From: Acidobacteriota bacterium
GTDB taxonomy: Bacteria; Acidobacteriota; Vicinamibacteria; Vicinamibacterales; UBA2999
Assembly (NCBI GenBank): GCA_020851325.1
Contig: JADZCY010000116.1
Span: forward strand, 1,780 to 65,779
Direction: 5' to 3'
DNA: 64,000 nucleotides
The translations under genes and the position numbers were made by a program. The number at the start of each line of letters is the position of its first letter. Positions within the stretch are counted from its first letter, which is position 1. Below the pieces are notes generated by a model. The model saw only the letters and a list, made by a program, of their open reading frames with translations, ran no database searches and had not been told where the DNA came from. This document shows, piece after piece, positions 1 to 9,434 of the stretch.

Positions 1-431
1 CCGGCCAGTCGATCAGCCTCGCGGAGCGGCGTGAAGCCGGACGGATGCGCACGGATCTGCGCCGCCTGTGCGACGGGCTGCGAGAGACCGGATATCGCTT
101 CTGTCGTGTCGCCTATCGCCCGCTCATGCAGCGCTTTGCTGAAGCCGTCACCCGGCGTCGACTCGATCGCCCGGTGCGTCCCGAACGGATCGCCGGCGTG
201 ACGTGCGTCAGGCTCAACAGCGCCGGCGGCTTCGACGAACCGGTGCTGCGGATGCTCGACACCTGCGTGAAGCAGCGCGGCTTGCTGGTGGCGTATGGCC
301 ATCCGCATTCGCTGCACGCCGGCAACAGCCAGGACGAACGTCACCTCGTGCCCTTTCTCGCGCGCGTCGCCGCGTATCGAGATGCCGGTGCACTTCAGGT
401 GGTGCTGCCGGCGCAGTACTACGAGGCCTGA
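1..431 (+). CDS. hypothetical protein, C-terminal part (gene begins upstream of the window); first gene of the glycan locus
   Basis: The frame containing ATG 45 is open back to the window edge. It ends at TGA 429-431, directly abutting the TTG start of the next gene. I cannot assign a diagnostic motif (GHPHSLHAGN...). Confidence 0.4.
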   Translation, partial: GQSISLAERREAGRMRTDLRRLCDGLRETGYRFCRVAYRPLMQRFAEAVTRRRLDRPVRPERIAGVTCVRLNSAGGFDEPVLRMLDTCVKQRGLLVAYGHPHSLHAGNSQDERHLVPFLARVAAYRDAGALQVVLPAQYYEA

Positions 432-1604
432 TTGGGTCTGCGGCTGTGCGTCGTGTCGTTCAAGCCCTGCTGGCAGGACGACACCGGCGCCTGGCTTTCG
501 GACGGTGGGTTCCCTCTTCAGATGGCGGCCATCGCCTCACTCTTCGACGAGACCACGCTCGTGGTCGTGCGCGTCGATCCGCGCGACGGTGGCATCCCGC
601 TGCCGGCGGCGGCAACGGTGGTCGGCCTGCGGTCGCCGGCCGGAGCCGACACGGCGCGCAAGTTGTCGGTGTTGTCGCGGATGAACTACTACGTGCGCAC
701 GATCAGCGCGCACGTCCGCGATGCCGATGTCGTACACGCGCCGGTGCCGGGCGACATCTCGCTGATTGGCCTGCTGCTGGCGCTCGCATTCAGGAAGCGC
801 ACCATCGGCCGCTACGGCAGTTCCTGGGCGCTCACCTCGCAGACGACGATGGCGCAGCGCGTGACGCGGTGGTGCATGCGCGTGGCCGCCGGTGGACGGA
901 ACGTGATGCTGGCCACCGGCGTCGGCACGGCGCCGCCGGCGCCGCGGATGCGGTGGATCTTCTCGACCGCGCTCACGGAGACGGAACTCCAGGCGATCAG
1001 GACGGATCTCGATCGCCCGCTCGGTGCGCCGCCGCGGCTGGTGTACGTGGGTCGCCTGTCGACGGAGAAAGGCGTGCGCTATCTGCTGCGCGCACTGCGC
1101 CGGTTGCGTGACGCCGGCGAAACCATGCCGGTGTTGACGCTGCTCGGCGACGGGCCCGAGCGGTCGAGCCTTGAAGCACTGGTCGACGAGTTGAGCCTGA
1201 GAGACGTGGTGTCGTTTGCCGGTCACCTCAACCGCGCGCAGTTGTCGTCGTATCTGTCCAATGCGGACCTCTGCGTGCAGCCGTCGCTGACCGAAGGCTT
1301 CAGCAAGGCCTGGCTCGATGCGATGGCGCACGGCGTGCCGGTGCTGTCCTCCGCGGTGGGCGCGGCACCCGCGGTGATCGGCGAAAGCGGCGAACGCGGC
1401 TGGCTCGTCCCGCCGGGCGACGAAATGGCACTGGCGGATACGCTGAGCCGTGTGCTGCGCGAAGGTCCGCGCTGGCCGGCGCTGCGCCGCGTCTGTCGAT
1501 CCTTCGTCGAACAGCGGACGCTCGACGCCTGGTCGCGCGAGATCGCCGGCATCTGCGTCGAGCACTGGGGCGGCGGGCTTCGCGACGGAAAGCTCTACGT
1601 ATGA
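432..1604 (+). CDS. glycosyltransferase, GT-B fold (GT4/GT1 family)
   Basis: 390-aa ORF. C-terminal block RLSTEKGVRYLL ... QPSLTEGFSKAWLDAMAHGVPVLSS is the E-x7-E type signature of retaining GT4 enzymes. Confidence 0.85.
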   Translation: MGLRLCVVSFKPCWQDDTGAWLSDGGFPLQMAAIASLFDETTLVVVRVDPRDGGIPLPAAATVVGLRSPAGADTARKLSVLSRMNYYVRTISAHVRDADVVHAPVPGDISLIGLLLALAFRKRTIGRYGSSWALTSQTTMAQRVTRWCMRVAAGGRNVMLATGVGTAPPAPRMRWIFSTALTETELQAIRTDLDRPLGAPPRLVYVGRLSTEKGVRYLLRALRRLRDAGETMPVLTLLGDGPERSSLEALVDELSLRDVVSFAGHLNRAQLSSYLSNADLCVQPSLTEGFSKAWLDAMAHGVPVLSSAVGAAPAVIGESGERGWLVPPGDEMALADTLSRVLREGPRWPALRRVCRSFVEQRTLDAWSREIAGICVEHWGGGLRDGKLYV

Positions 1605-3118
1605 GAACCAGCGATCGCGTGAGTCGCGACCCGCGTCCGCCGCTGCGGCCCTCGGGCCGTCGCGCGCCGGTGCCGCGGGCCGAGCCACGGCTGATCGGCG
1701 GCAGTTCAGCGGCGATCGAGTGGGGCCGGCTGATGGTGCTGGTCCTCGTGGTGGCGTTTGCCGCCGCGCCGTTTGTCGGCTTCCTGACCTCGCTCTCCGC
1801 CGTCACGGTCGTCGCCTTCGCCGCCGCGCTGTTCGGCTTCGGCCGCCCCGCCGTCGGCGTCCTCGGCGTCACGCTGCTCTGCACGCTCGATCCGCTCATC
1901 CGCCATTTCCTGCTCACCACGGGCGGCCTGCTGCGGTGGAACACCTTCAACTACTGGCTGCTGATCGTCATGGTGCTGTCGATGTCGTTCGTCTGGCGCC
2001 TGGCCGATCCGCACTCGCGCCTGCTCAAGGTGTTCGTCGTGCTGCTCGTCAGCAACCTCGTGCTCAGCCCGTCGCTGACGATGGGCGTGCAGCACGTGCT
2101 CGGCATCGTGACGCTGTTCGGGCTGCTGGTGTACTTCGCGCAGGCCGACGAGAACCCGGACCTCTGGTACATGGTCGGTGTCGTCAATGGGGCGGCGGGC
2201 GCCGCCGGCGGTCTCGCCTACCTGTTGCTGAAGGACGCTCTGCCGGAGATCAACACCAACGCCTGGGCCCTCTTCCCCGAAGCGGCTGTCTTCGCCACGT
2301 GCCTCGGCTTTCGCGCCGCGGCATCGCGGCCGAACGGGCAGTGGATTCTGAGCCTGCTGGCCGGCACCAACGCGCTGTGGACGTTTCTCAGCGGCAGTCG
2401 CGGCGGCATCCTCATCGTCTCGATCGGCCTGATCTACATCCTGCTGACGATGAAGCGCACGTCGCACCGCGTCGTCTTCGTCGCGTCGTCGGTCGTGGTG
2501 GCGACGCTGGCGCTCAATACGTTCAGCGACATGCAGGCATCGTCGCTGCACCGCATCAACAAGATGCTGGACGAAGAGGAGTCGGCGGCCAGCCGGACCA
2601 ACGGCCGGTCGGATCTCGCCGCCGCCGGCGTGCTGATGTTCGCCAGGCATCCCTTCGGCGTCGGCACCGGCGGCTTCGCGCATGCGTGGGCGGAGCTCGG
2701 GTTCGTGCCGGGCTTCACGTCGTTCAAGCGCGGTGAGGAGTTCCAGGCGCATTCGGCGTGGATCAAGGTGCTGGCGGAAAACGGCGCACCGGGCGCGCTG
2801 CTGATGGTCCTCTACGTGTTCTCGTTCATGTGGTACGGCCGCAAGAGCGCGACACCGGGCGCCACGTCGCTCGGCGTGTTCGTCACCACGGCGCTGGCCG
2901 TGACCTTCGTGTCGGTGGAGTTCCAGGGCAAGAGCGTCTGGATGCTGGCCGCTGGTGCGACCGCCCAGTTCTATCCCGCCGAGATGCGCCGGTGCCTGGC
3001 GGCCGACCTGCAGCGGCAGATCGGCAAGCCGCGCCGCCTGGTGCGGCGCGCGGTCGGACGGATTGTGCATCCCGGCCAGGCGCCCGCGGCGCTGACGCCC
3101 TCCACGGAGCAGGCGTGA
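1601..3118 (+). CDS. O-antigen ligase/polymerase family (Wzy_C-like) integral membrane protein
   Basis: ATGA overlap with the upstream GT. About 10-12 hydrophobic helices plus a loop (RHPFGVGTGGFAHAW) typical of the WaaL/Wzy family. The start could instead be the internal Met near 1733. Confidence 0.7.
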   Translation: MRTSDRVSRDPRPPLRPSGRRAPVPRAEPRLIGGSSAAIEWGRLMVLVLVVAFAAAPFVGFLTSLSAVTVVAFAAALFGFGRPAVGVLGVTLLCTLDPLIRHFLLTTGGLLRWNTFNYWLLIVMVLSMSFVWRLADPHSRLLKVFVVLLVSNLVLSPSLTMGVQHVLGIVTLFGLLVYFAQADENPDLWYMVGVVNGAAGAAGGLAYLLLKDALPEINTNAWALFPEAAVFATCLGFRAAASRPNGQWILSLLAGTNALWTFLSGSRGGILIVSIGLIYILLTMKRTSHRVVFVASSVVVATLALNTFSDMQASSLHRINKMLDEEESAASRTNGRSDLAAAGVLMFARHPFGVGTGGFAHAWAELGFVPGFTSFKRGEEFQAHSAWIKVLAENGAPGALLMVLYVFSFMWYGRKSATPGATSLGVFVTTALAVTFVSVEFQGKSVWMLAAGATAQFYPAEMRRCLAADLQRQIGKPRRLVRRAVGRIVHPGQAPAALTPSTEQA

Positions 3119-4287
3119 TGTCGCCGATGTCGGCTGCTCCGCTCACGGTGGCGCTCGTCGCCGGCGGCCTCGGACAGGGCGGTGCCGAAAAGCAGTTGCT
3201 CTACATGGCGCGCGCACTGGTGCAGCAGGGCGTCCGCACGCGGTGTTACTGCCTGACCCGTGGTGATCACTACGAGTCGCACTTCCGCGACGCCGGTGTG
3301 GAGCCGATCTGGATCGGTCAGCAGGGCGCGCCGCCCATCCGCGTGGCGCGTCTGGCGCGTCACCTGCGTCGTGACCGCGCCGATATCGTGCAGGCGGGAC
3401 ACTTCTTCGCCAACCTCTACGCCGCACTCGGCGCGCGCGCGTGCGGCGCCGCGTCGATCGGCGCGGTGCGGAACGACGGCGCCTTGGAACTGCGCGAGAA
3501 CCGCGGCTGGGGCCCGTGGTTGACGCGACTGCCTACCATCCTGATGGCCAACTCCGAGGCTGGCGCGCGTCATGTGCGGACGTATCGGCAATCGGCCGAC
3601 GAGGTCGTCGTATTGCCGAACGTGATCGACCTCGCGCGCTTCGATGCGCTGGCGAGTGACGCCGATGGGCGTGAACCGATCGGCCCGGTGGCGATGGCCG
3701 TCGGGCGACTGGTGCCGGCCAAGCGCTTCGAGTTGTTCCTGGCGGCGCTGGCCATGGCGCGGCAGACCGAGCCGGCATTGACCGGCGTGATCGTCGGCGA
3801 TGGTCCTGAACGCGCCCGTCTGGAAGACACGGCGCGGCGGCTGAACCTTCTGCCGGACGCGGTCCGCTTCGCCGGCGCGCGGTCGGACGTGCCGGCGCTC
3901 TTGCGGCAGGCGCACTTCCTCGTCTCCTCGTCCGCGCACGAAGGTTTCCCCAACGTGCTGCTCGAAGCCATGGCGGCCGGACGACCCGTCATCACCACGC
4001 CGGCGGGCGACGCCGAACGCGTCATCGACGCCAACGTCACCGGGCTGTTGATCCCCGGCGACGACGCGGCGGCCATGGCCGCGGCAATGGTCGACCTCGC
4101 ACGGCACCCGGCAACGCGTCAGGCGATGGGCCGCGAGGGCCGGCGACGCGTCGAGCGGCTCTACAGCGATCACTCGCTGGCGGATCGCCTGCTCGCCATC
4201 TACGACATCGCCCGCGCCCGTCGTCGGCGGGTGGCGGTGGCGGCACCGGCGGAACGGCCGGTCGACATCGGAGCACCGGCGCCATGA
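3118..4287 (+). CDS. glycosyltransferase, GT4 family
   Basis: ATG 3118 overlaps the previous stop (TGATG) and is in frame with track ORF 2758..4287. N-terminal GGLGQGGAEKQLLYMARAL; C-terminal SSSAHEGFPNVLLEAMAAGRPVITT (E-x7-E). Confidence 0.85.
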   Translation: MSPMSAAPLTVALVAGGLGQGGAEKQLLYMARALVQQGVRTRCYCLTRGDHYESHFRDAGVEPIWIGQQGAPPIRVARLARHLRRDRADIVQAGHFFANLYAALGARACGAASIGAVRNDGALELRENRGWGPWLTRLPTILMANSEAGARHVRTYRQSADEVVVLPNVIDLARFDALASDADGREPIGPVAMAVGRLVPAKRFELFLAALAMARQTEPALTGVIVGDGPERARLEDTARRLNLLPDAVRFAGARSDVPALLRQAHFLVSSSAHEGFPNVLLEAMAAGRPVITTPAGDAERVIDANVTGLLIPGDDAAAMAAAMVDLARHPATRQAMGREGRRRVERLYSDHSLADRLLAIYDIARARRRRVAVAAPAERPVDIGAPAP

Positions 4288-5534
4288 GGCTGGCCGTGTT
4301 CACGAGTCAGTTCCCGGGACGGGTCAACACGTTCTTCGCGCGTGATCTGCGCGGGCTGATCGACGCCGGCGTCGACGTCGAGGTGTTCGCCACGCATCCG
4401 CTCGAGGCCGATCTGTGGAAGTTCGTGCCCGACGAGTTGTCCAGCGCGGTGTTGCCGCGTCACAAGGTGCACCACGCGTCGATCGCCCGCAGCGTGCGGA
4501 CAGGAATGACGTGGCCGGCGGCGTGGCGGCGGGCGACGGATGTCGCCGCCGTCAGCGCCGCGGCAGTGCCGCACGGGCCGACCGCCGTCGCCAAGAGCGC
4601 GTATGTGATGGCCAAGGCGCTGGCATGGGCGCGCGAACACGGATCGCGATTCGATCACGTGCTGGCCTACTGGGGCAACTACGCCGGCACGTGCGCCTAC
4701 GTGTTTCAGCAAGCGGCCGGAGGACGACTGCCGTTCTCGACGTTTCTGCACGCCGGCACGGACCTGTATCGCTCGCGTGTCTACCTGCGCCAGAAGCTGC
4801 AGCACGCCGACAACATCATCGTCGTCTGCGAGTTCAATCGCGAGTTCCTGCGCTCGGTTTACCCGTCCACGTTCTCGCGCCTGGCGCCGAAGATCTATCT
4901 GCACCACCTCGGTCTCGACCTGGCGGCCACGCGCTTTACACCCGGGCCGCGCCCGCCTCGCCACATCGTGGCGGCCGGCGGTCTGCACCCGATGAAGGGG
5001 TTCGACGATCTCGTGCGGGCCGTGGCGCAGCTGCCGAACGACAATGGCGCCGCCAACCTGACGTTCGTCGGCGGCGGTCCCGAGGAAGGCCGGCTGCGTG
5101 ATCTGGCCGCGTCGCTCGGCATCGCCGACCGCGTGCGCTTCGCCGGCTGGCAGTCTCCGGCCGCCGTGCTGCGGCACATCGCCGAAGGCACGGTGCTGGT
5201 ACACCCGTCGTCCGGACTCGGCGACGCCGTGCCGACGGTGATCAAGGAAGCGATGGCGGTAGGCACGCCGGTGATTGCCTCGGCGGTGGCCGGCATTCCC
5301 GAGTTGCTCGACGAGGGTCGCTGCGGCGCGCTGGTGCCGCCGCGGCAACCGGCACAACTGGCCGACGCCATCGCCCTTCTGCTGAACGACGAGCCGAGGC
5401 GACTGGCGTACGCCGCGGCCGCTCGCGCCCGCGCGGAAGCGCTGTTCTGCCAGGCCCGCAACGGCGCGGCACTGGCCGACTACCTCCGGCGCACGCCATC
5501 ACGACAGGTCGTCGCCACCGCGACGAGTCACTGA
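4284..5534 (+). CDS. glycosyltransferase, GT4 family (WcaL-like)
   Basis: ATGA overlap with the upstream gene. MRLAVFTSQFPGRVNTFFARDL N-terminus; HPSSGLGDAVPTVIKEAMAVGTPVIAS C-terminal GT-B motif. Confidence 0.8.
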   Translation: MRLAVFTSQFPGRVNTFFARDLRGLIDAGVDVEVFATHPLEADLWKFVPDELSSAVLPRHKVHHASIARSVRTGMTWPAAWRRATDVAAVSAAAVPHGPTAVAKSAYVMAKALAWAREHGSRFDHVLAYWGNYAGTCAYVFQQAAGGRLPFSTFLHAGTDLYRSRVYLRQKLQHADNIIVVCEFNREFLRSVYPSTFSRLAPKIYLHHLGLDLAATRFTPGPRPPRHIVAAGGLHPMKGFDDLVRAVAQLPNDNGAANLTFVGGGPEEGRLRDLAASLGIADRVRFAGWQSPAAVLRHIAEGTVLVHPSSGLGDAVPTVIKEAMAVGTPVIASAVAGIPELLDEGRCGALVPPRQPAQLADAIALLLNDEPRRLAYAAAARARAEALFCQARNGAALADYLRRTPSRQVVATATSH

Positions 5535-5560
5535 GTTCTTCACCAGGCAAGGACGGCAAC

Positions 5561-6967
5561 GTGTCTGACACTCTCCTGCGGATTTATCACCGGATGCCGA
5601 CCGCGGCGCAGATGGCGGCGGCCGGCGCCATGGGGCTGTATCTACGCAAGTGGCGCTTCGGCAAACAGACCGAGCGGCTGGTGGCCGACGCGCTGGCGCG
5701 CGACAAGTGGACGCCGGAACGCTGGCACGCCTATCAGCAGGAACGCCTGGCCCACATCCTCGAGCGAGCCGCCACGCGCGTGCCCTACTACCGCGACTAC
5801 TGGTCGCGCCGGCGCAGCCTCGGCGATCGCACGTCGTGGGATCAGCTCGAACACTGGCCGGTCCTCGAGAAGGACATCGTCCGCCGCATGCCGGAAGCCT
5901 TTGTCGCCGACGATATGGATACGCGGCGGATGTACTGCGAGCAGACCAGCGGCACCACGGGGACGCCGCTGCGTTTGTGGTGGAGCCGCGAGACGGTCCG
6001 CGAGTGGTACGCGTTGAACGAAGCGCGATCACGGCGGTGGTATGGCATCTCGCGACAGGATCGCTGGGCGATCGTCGGTGGCCGCGTCGTGGCACCGGTG
6101 ACGCAGCGGCAGCCGCCGTTCTGGATCTGGAACTTCGCGCTGAAACAGCTCTACATGTCGGCGTATCACCTGTCGCCGGAGCTGGCGCCAACCTACCTGG
6201 ACGCGCTGGTGCGTCACCGCATCACGTATCTCTTCGGCTACAGCTCCGGGCTGCACGCGCTGGCGGAGGCGGCGTTGCGACTGGGCCGCACCGATCTGCG
6301 ACTGGCCGTGGCCATCAGCAACGCCGAGCCGCTGCTGGACCATCAACGTCGCGCCATCGAGCGCGCGTTCCGCTGCCCGGTGCGCGAGACCTACGGCCTG
6401 GCCGAGATCGTCGGCGGCGGCAGTGAATGCGACCGCGGCCGGCTGCACCTGTGGCCCGAAGTCGGCATTGTCGAAGTGCTGGCGGGCACGCAGCCGGTGG
6501 CGCCCGGCGGCATCGGCGACCTGGTGTCCACCGGCCTCATCAACCCCGACATGCCGCTCATCCGCTACCGCACGGGCGACGCGATTCGCCTGTCGCCGGC
6601 GTCGTGCGCGTGCGGGCGTCAGATGCCGGTGGTGCAGGCGCTCGAAGGACGCTGCGACGACCTGGTGATCACCGCCGACGGCCGCCGCGTCGGCCGCCTC
6701 GACACGGTGTTCAAGGACAGCAATCTGGGCCTGCGCGAAGCGCAGATCGTGCAGGAGACGCACACCCGGTTCACCTTGCGATACGTGACGGCGGCGCCGG
6801 CGACCGCCGACCTCGAGGATCGACTCCGGCGGCGGATGCAGGAACACCTCGGCGCCGTCGACGTGACCTTCGAGCGCGTCGACCACATCCTGCGCTCCGC
6901 GCAAGGCAAGTTCCGCGCGGTGGTCAGCAAGGTGGCGCGCGACGAGCGGCAGGAAGCCGCGAGTTGA
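5561..6967 (+). CDS. CapK/PaaK-type adenylate-forming enzyme (phenylacetate-CoA ligase / F390 synthetase family)
   Basis: 468 aa. CEQTSGTTGTPLRLWW (AMP-binding P-loop-like SGTTG), ETYGLAEI and IRYRTGD blocks are characteristic of the PaaK/CapK family. Confidence 0.75.
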   Translation: MSDTLLRIYHRMPTAAQMAAAGAMGLYLRKWRFGKQTERLVADALARDKWTPERWHAYQQERLAHILERAATRVPYYRDYWSRRRSLGDRTSWDQLEHWPVLEKDIVRRMPEAFVADDMDTRRMYCEQTSGTTGTPLRLWWSRETVREWYALNEARSRRWYGISRQDRWAIVGGRVVAPVTQRQPPFWIWNFALKQLYMSAYHLSPELAPTYLDALVRHRITYLFGYSSGLHALAEAALRLGRTDLRLAVAISNAEPLLDHQRRAIERAFRCPVRETYGLAEIVGGGSECDRGRLHLWPEVGIVEVLAGTQPVAPGGIGDLVSTGLINPDMPLIRYRTGDAIRLSPASCACGRQMPVVQALEGRCDDLVITADGRRVGRLDTVFKDSNLGLREAQIVQETHTRFTLRYVTAAPATADLEDRLRRRMQEHLGAVDVTFERVDHILRSAQGKFRAVVSKVARDERQEAAS

Positions 6968-6978
6968 TCGAGGACACC

Positions 6979-7704
6979 ATGACGACCACGCCGGCGTTCG
7001 AGCGTGAGAGTGACCGCATCCGCGCCGCCTACGCGCGACGCGAGCTGACGGCCGACGAGCGCTACTCGTGGTTCAACGCCGCGCATCGTCTGGCGGTGCA
7101 GGAACGCGAGCGTGCCGTGCTGGACGTACTGCAACGACACGGCGTGCGCAGCTTGTCGCGTGTGCGCGTGGTCGAATTCGGCTGCGGCAGCGGCTTCTGG
7201 CTGCGCGAGTTCATCAAGTGGGGCTGCGCACCTTCACACGTCACCGGCGTCGACCTGCTGGCTGATCGCATTGCCGAAGCGCGGCGGTTGTGCCCGTCGG
7301 GCGTCGAGCTGATCTGCGCCAACGCACCGGATGCGCCACTCGTGCCCCACACCTACGACATCGTGCTGCAGTCGATGCTGCTGACTTCTGTGCTGGATCC
7401 GGCGCTGCGCGTCGCTGTGGCGCGGGCGATGCAGCGGGCGGTCGCACCGGGCGGATTGATCCTGTCCTACGACTACCACGTCAACAACCCGCGCAACGCC
7501 GACGTCAGGGCGCTGTCGAAGCGCGACCTGCGTGAGTTGTTCCCCGACTGTCGCGTCGACGTGCGCCGGCTGACGCTGGCGGCGCCGCTGGCGCGTCCGC
7601 TGGCGGCACATGCGCGGCCGCTGCATGCGCTGTGCGCGCGCATTCCGTGGTTGCGCAGCCACTACCTGGCGGCGATCACCGCACGGGAGGCCGACCGTGG
7701 CTGA
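6979..7704 (+). CDS. class I SAM-dependent methyltransferase
   Basis: Internal ATG 6979 of track ORF 6427..7704, 12 nt after the previous stop. Motif I VVEFGCGSGFWLREF. The upstream part of the track ORF is RG-rich junk overlapping the CapK gene. Confidence 0.8.
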   Translation: MTTTPAFERESDRIRAAYARRELTADERYSWFNAAHRLAVQERERAVLDVLQRHGVRSLSRVRVVEFGCGSGFWLREFIKWGCAPSHVTGVDLLADRIAEARRLCPSGVELICANAPDAPLVPHTYDIVLQSMLLTSVLDPALRVAVARAMQRAVAPGGLILSYDYHVNNPRNADVRALSKRDLRELFPDCRVDVRRLTLAAPLARPLAAHARPLHALCARIPWLRSHYLAAITAREADRG

Positions 7705-8773
7705 TCCGCGCCCCTTGCCCCGCGTCACCGTCGTGATGCCGATCCGCAACGAGGCGGGCTTCATCGCTCGCAGCCTCGGCGCCGTCCTCGCGCAGGATTA
7801 TCCGCGCCACCTGCTCGACGTCATCGTCGCCGACGGGTGCTCCGACGACGACACGCGGTCAATCGTCGAGACGATAGCGACACAGGATGGTCGCGTCACC
7901 ATCATCGACAACGAGGGCCGCATTGTCGCGTCGGGGCTGAACCGCGCGCTGGCCATGGCCACCGGTGAGGTCATCGTCCGCGTCGATGGCCACTGCGAGA
8001 TTGCCGCCGACTACGTGCGCTGCTGCGTCACGCACCTGCGCCGCGGTGGCGTGGCCGGCGTTGGCGGTCCGCTCGATACGGTGGGCACGACGCCGGTGGC
8101 TCGGGCCGTGGCCGCGGCCATGAGTTCCATGTTCGGCGTCGGCAACTCGGCCTTCCGGACGCTGAAGGGCACGACGCGGTTTGTCGACACCATCGCCTTT
8201 GGCGCCTACACCCGCGAGGCGCTCGCGTATGCCGGCCGCTTCGACACCGAACTGGTGCGCAATCAGGACGACGAATACAACTACCGCCTGCGGCGGCTCG
8301 GCTGCCGGCTGCTGCTGGCCTCCGATGTGCGGGCGCAGTACTTCAGTCGTGGATCACTGCAATCGCTGGCGCGTCAGTACTTCCAGTACGGCTACTGGAA
8401 AGTCCGGGTGTTGCAGAAGCATCCGCGGCAGATGAGCCTGCGACAGTTCGTGCCGCCGGCGTTCGTGATCGCCCTGCTGGCGCTGCCGTTCATACCGGGC
8501 GGGCTGCGCATCTGGGCGGCGCTGCTGGCGACCTACATCGCGGCCGTGATGGGCGCATCGATCGTCACGGCGCGCCGTCTGCGCGAACGCGAGGCGTGGA
8601 GCACGTTGCCCATTGCGTTCGTGATTCTGCACATCGCTTATGGCGCCGGCTTCCTCACCGGCCTGCTGAAGTTCGCATTGCGCTGGGGCCGGGATGCCGC
8701 GCCGACGCCGAATCCCGTGCCGGCATTCGAATCGACGCGCGGCATTGCCGCGGAGCGAGGCGGCCACTCGTGA
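7697..8773 (+). CDS. glycosyltransferase family 2 (membrane-associated)
   Basis: GTG 7697 overlaps the previous stop. VTVVMPIRNEAGFIARSLGAVLAQDY plus VIVADGCSDDDT (GT-A/DxD). Hydrophobic C-terminal helices. Confidence 0.85.
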   Translation: MADPRPLPRVTVVMPIRNEAGFIARSLGAVLAQDYPRHLLDVIVADGCSDDDTRSIVETIATQDGRVTIIDNEGRIVASGLNRALAMATGEVIVRVDGHCEIAADYVRCCVTHLRRGGVAGVGGPLDTVGTTPVARAVAAAMSSMFGVGNSAFRTLKGTTRFVDTIAFGAYTREALAYAGRFDTELVRNQDDEYNYRLRRLGCRLLLASDVRAQYFSRGSLQSLARQYFQYGYWKVRVLQKHPRQMSLRQFVPPAFVIALLALPFIPGGLRIWAALLATYIAAVMGASIVTARRLREREAWSTLPIAFVILHIAYGAGFLTGLLKFALRWGRDAAPTPNPVPAFESTRGIAAERGGHS

Positions 8774-9414
8774 TCAGCCTGCGCCGCGCCTGCGACATCG
8801 TCGTGGCCGCGGCGGCGCTCGCCGTCTCGAGCGTCCCCCTGGCGCTCGCCGCCGTCGCGATCAAGTGGGACGACGGCGGGCCGGTGCTGTATCGGCAGAC
8901 GCGCGTTGGCCGGGCCGGCCGGCCATTCCAGTTCATCAAGCTGCGCACGATGCGCGTGCACGGCGGTGACGGTCCGCAGGTGACGGCCAGCGGCGACGAC
9001 CGCATCACCCGCACCGGCCGCTTGCTGCGACGGTTGAAGCTCGACGAACTGCCGCAGTTCTGGCACGTGCTGACCGGCGACATGACGCTGATCGGTCCGC
9101 GGCCCGAGGTGCCGCGCTTCGTCGCCCATTACGACGAGCGGCAGAGCGCCATCCTCGACGTGCAACCCGGACTGGCCAGTGCCGCGCAACTGGTCTTCGC
9201 CAGGGAGGCCGACCTGCTGGCCGGCCGCGCCGACGCGGAGGACGTGTACGTGCATCACCTCATGCCGGCCAAGGTGCAGATCGATCTCGACTACGAACGG
9301 ACACGAACGGTGGCCTCCGACCTCGCGCTGATCGGCGAGATCGTCCTGCTGCTCTGCGGCAAGAGCCTGCGGACGCTGCCACCGCTGACGCTTCCCTCGG
9401 GCGGACCACGCTGA
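8770..9414 (+). CDS. small polyprenyl-phosphate sugar-phosphate transferase (PglC/WbaP-C-terminal type priming enzyme)
   Basis: GTGA overlap with the upstream GT2. 214 aa with one N-terminal helix. KLRTM ... RLLRRLKLDELPQFWHVLTGDMTLIGPRPE is the bacterial sugar transferase signature. Confidence 0.85.
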   Translation: MISLRRACDIVVAAAALAVSSVPLALAAVAIKWDDGGPVLYRQTRVGRAGRPFQFIKLRTMRVHGGDGPQVTASGDDRITRTGRLLRRLKLDELPQFWHVLTGDMTLIGPRPEVPRFVAHYDERQSAILDVQPGLASAAQLVFAREADLLAGRADAEDVYVHHLMPAKVQIDLDYERTRTVASDLALIGEIVLLLCGKSLRTLPPLTLPSGGPR

Positions 9415-9434
9415 CCGCCCAGCAAGGACATCCC

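Noticed and set aside
537-4173. Long antisense or out-of-frame track ORFs, for example 537..1688(-), 1706..3070(-), 2971..4173(-). Similar ones occur throughout: 9291..10733(-), 12200..13312(-), 15124..17151(-), 44729..47083(+), 61020..62375(-).
   Set aside because: Their translations are Arg/Gly/Ala/Pro/His-rich low-complexity strings without motifs. They mirror convincingly coding genes on the other strand. This is the expected stop-codon-poor artefact of high-GC DNA.
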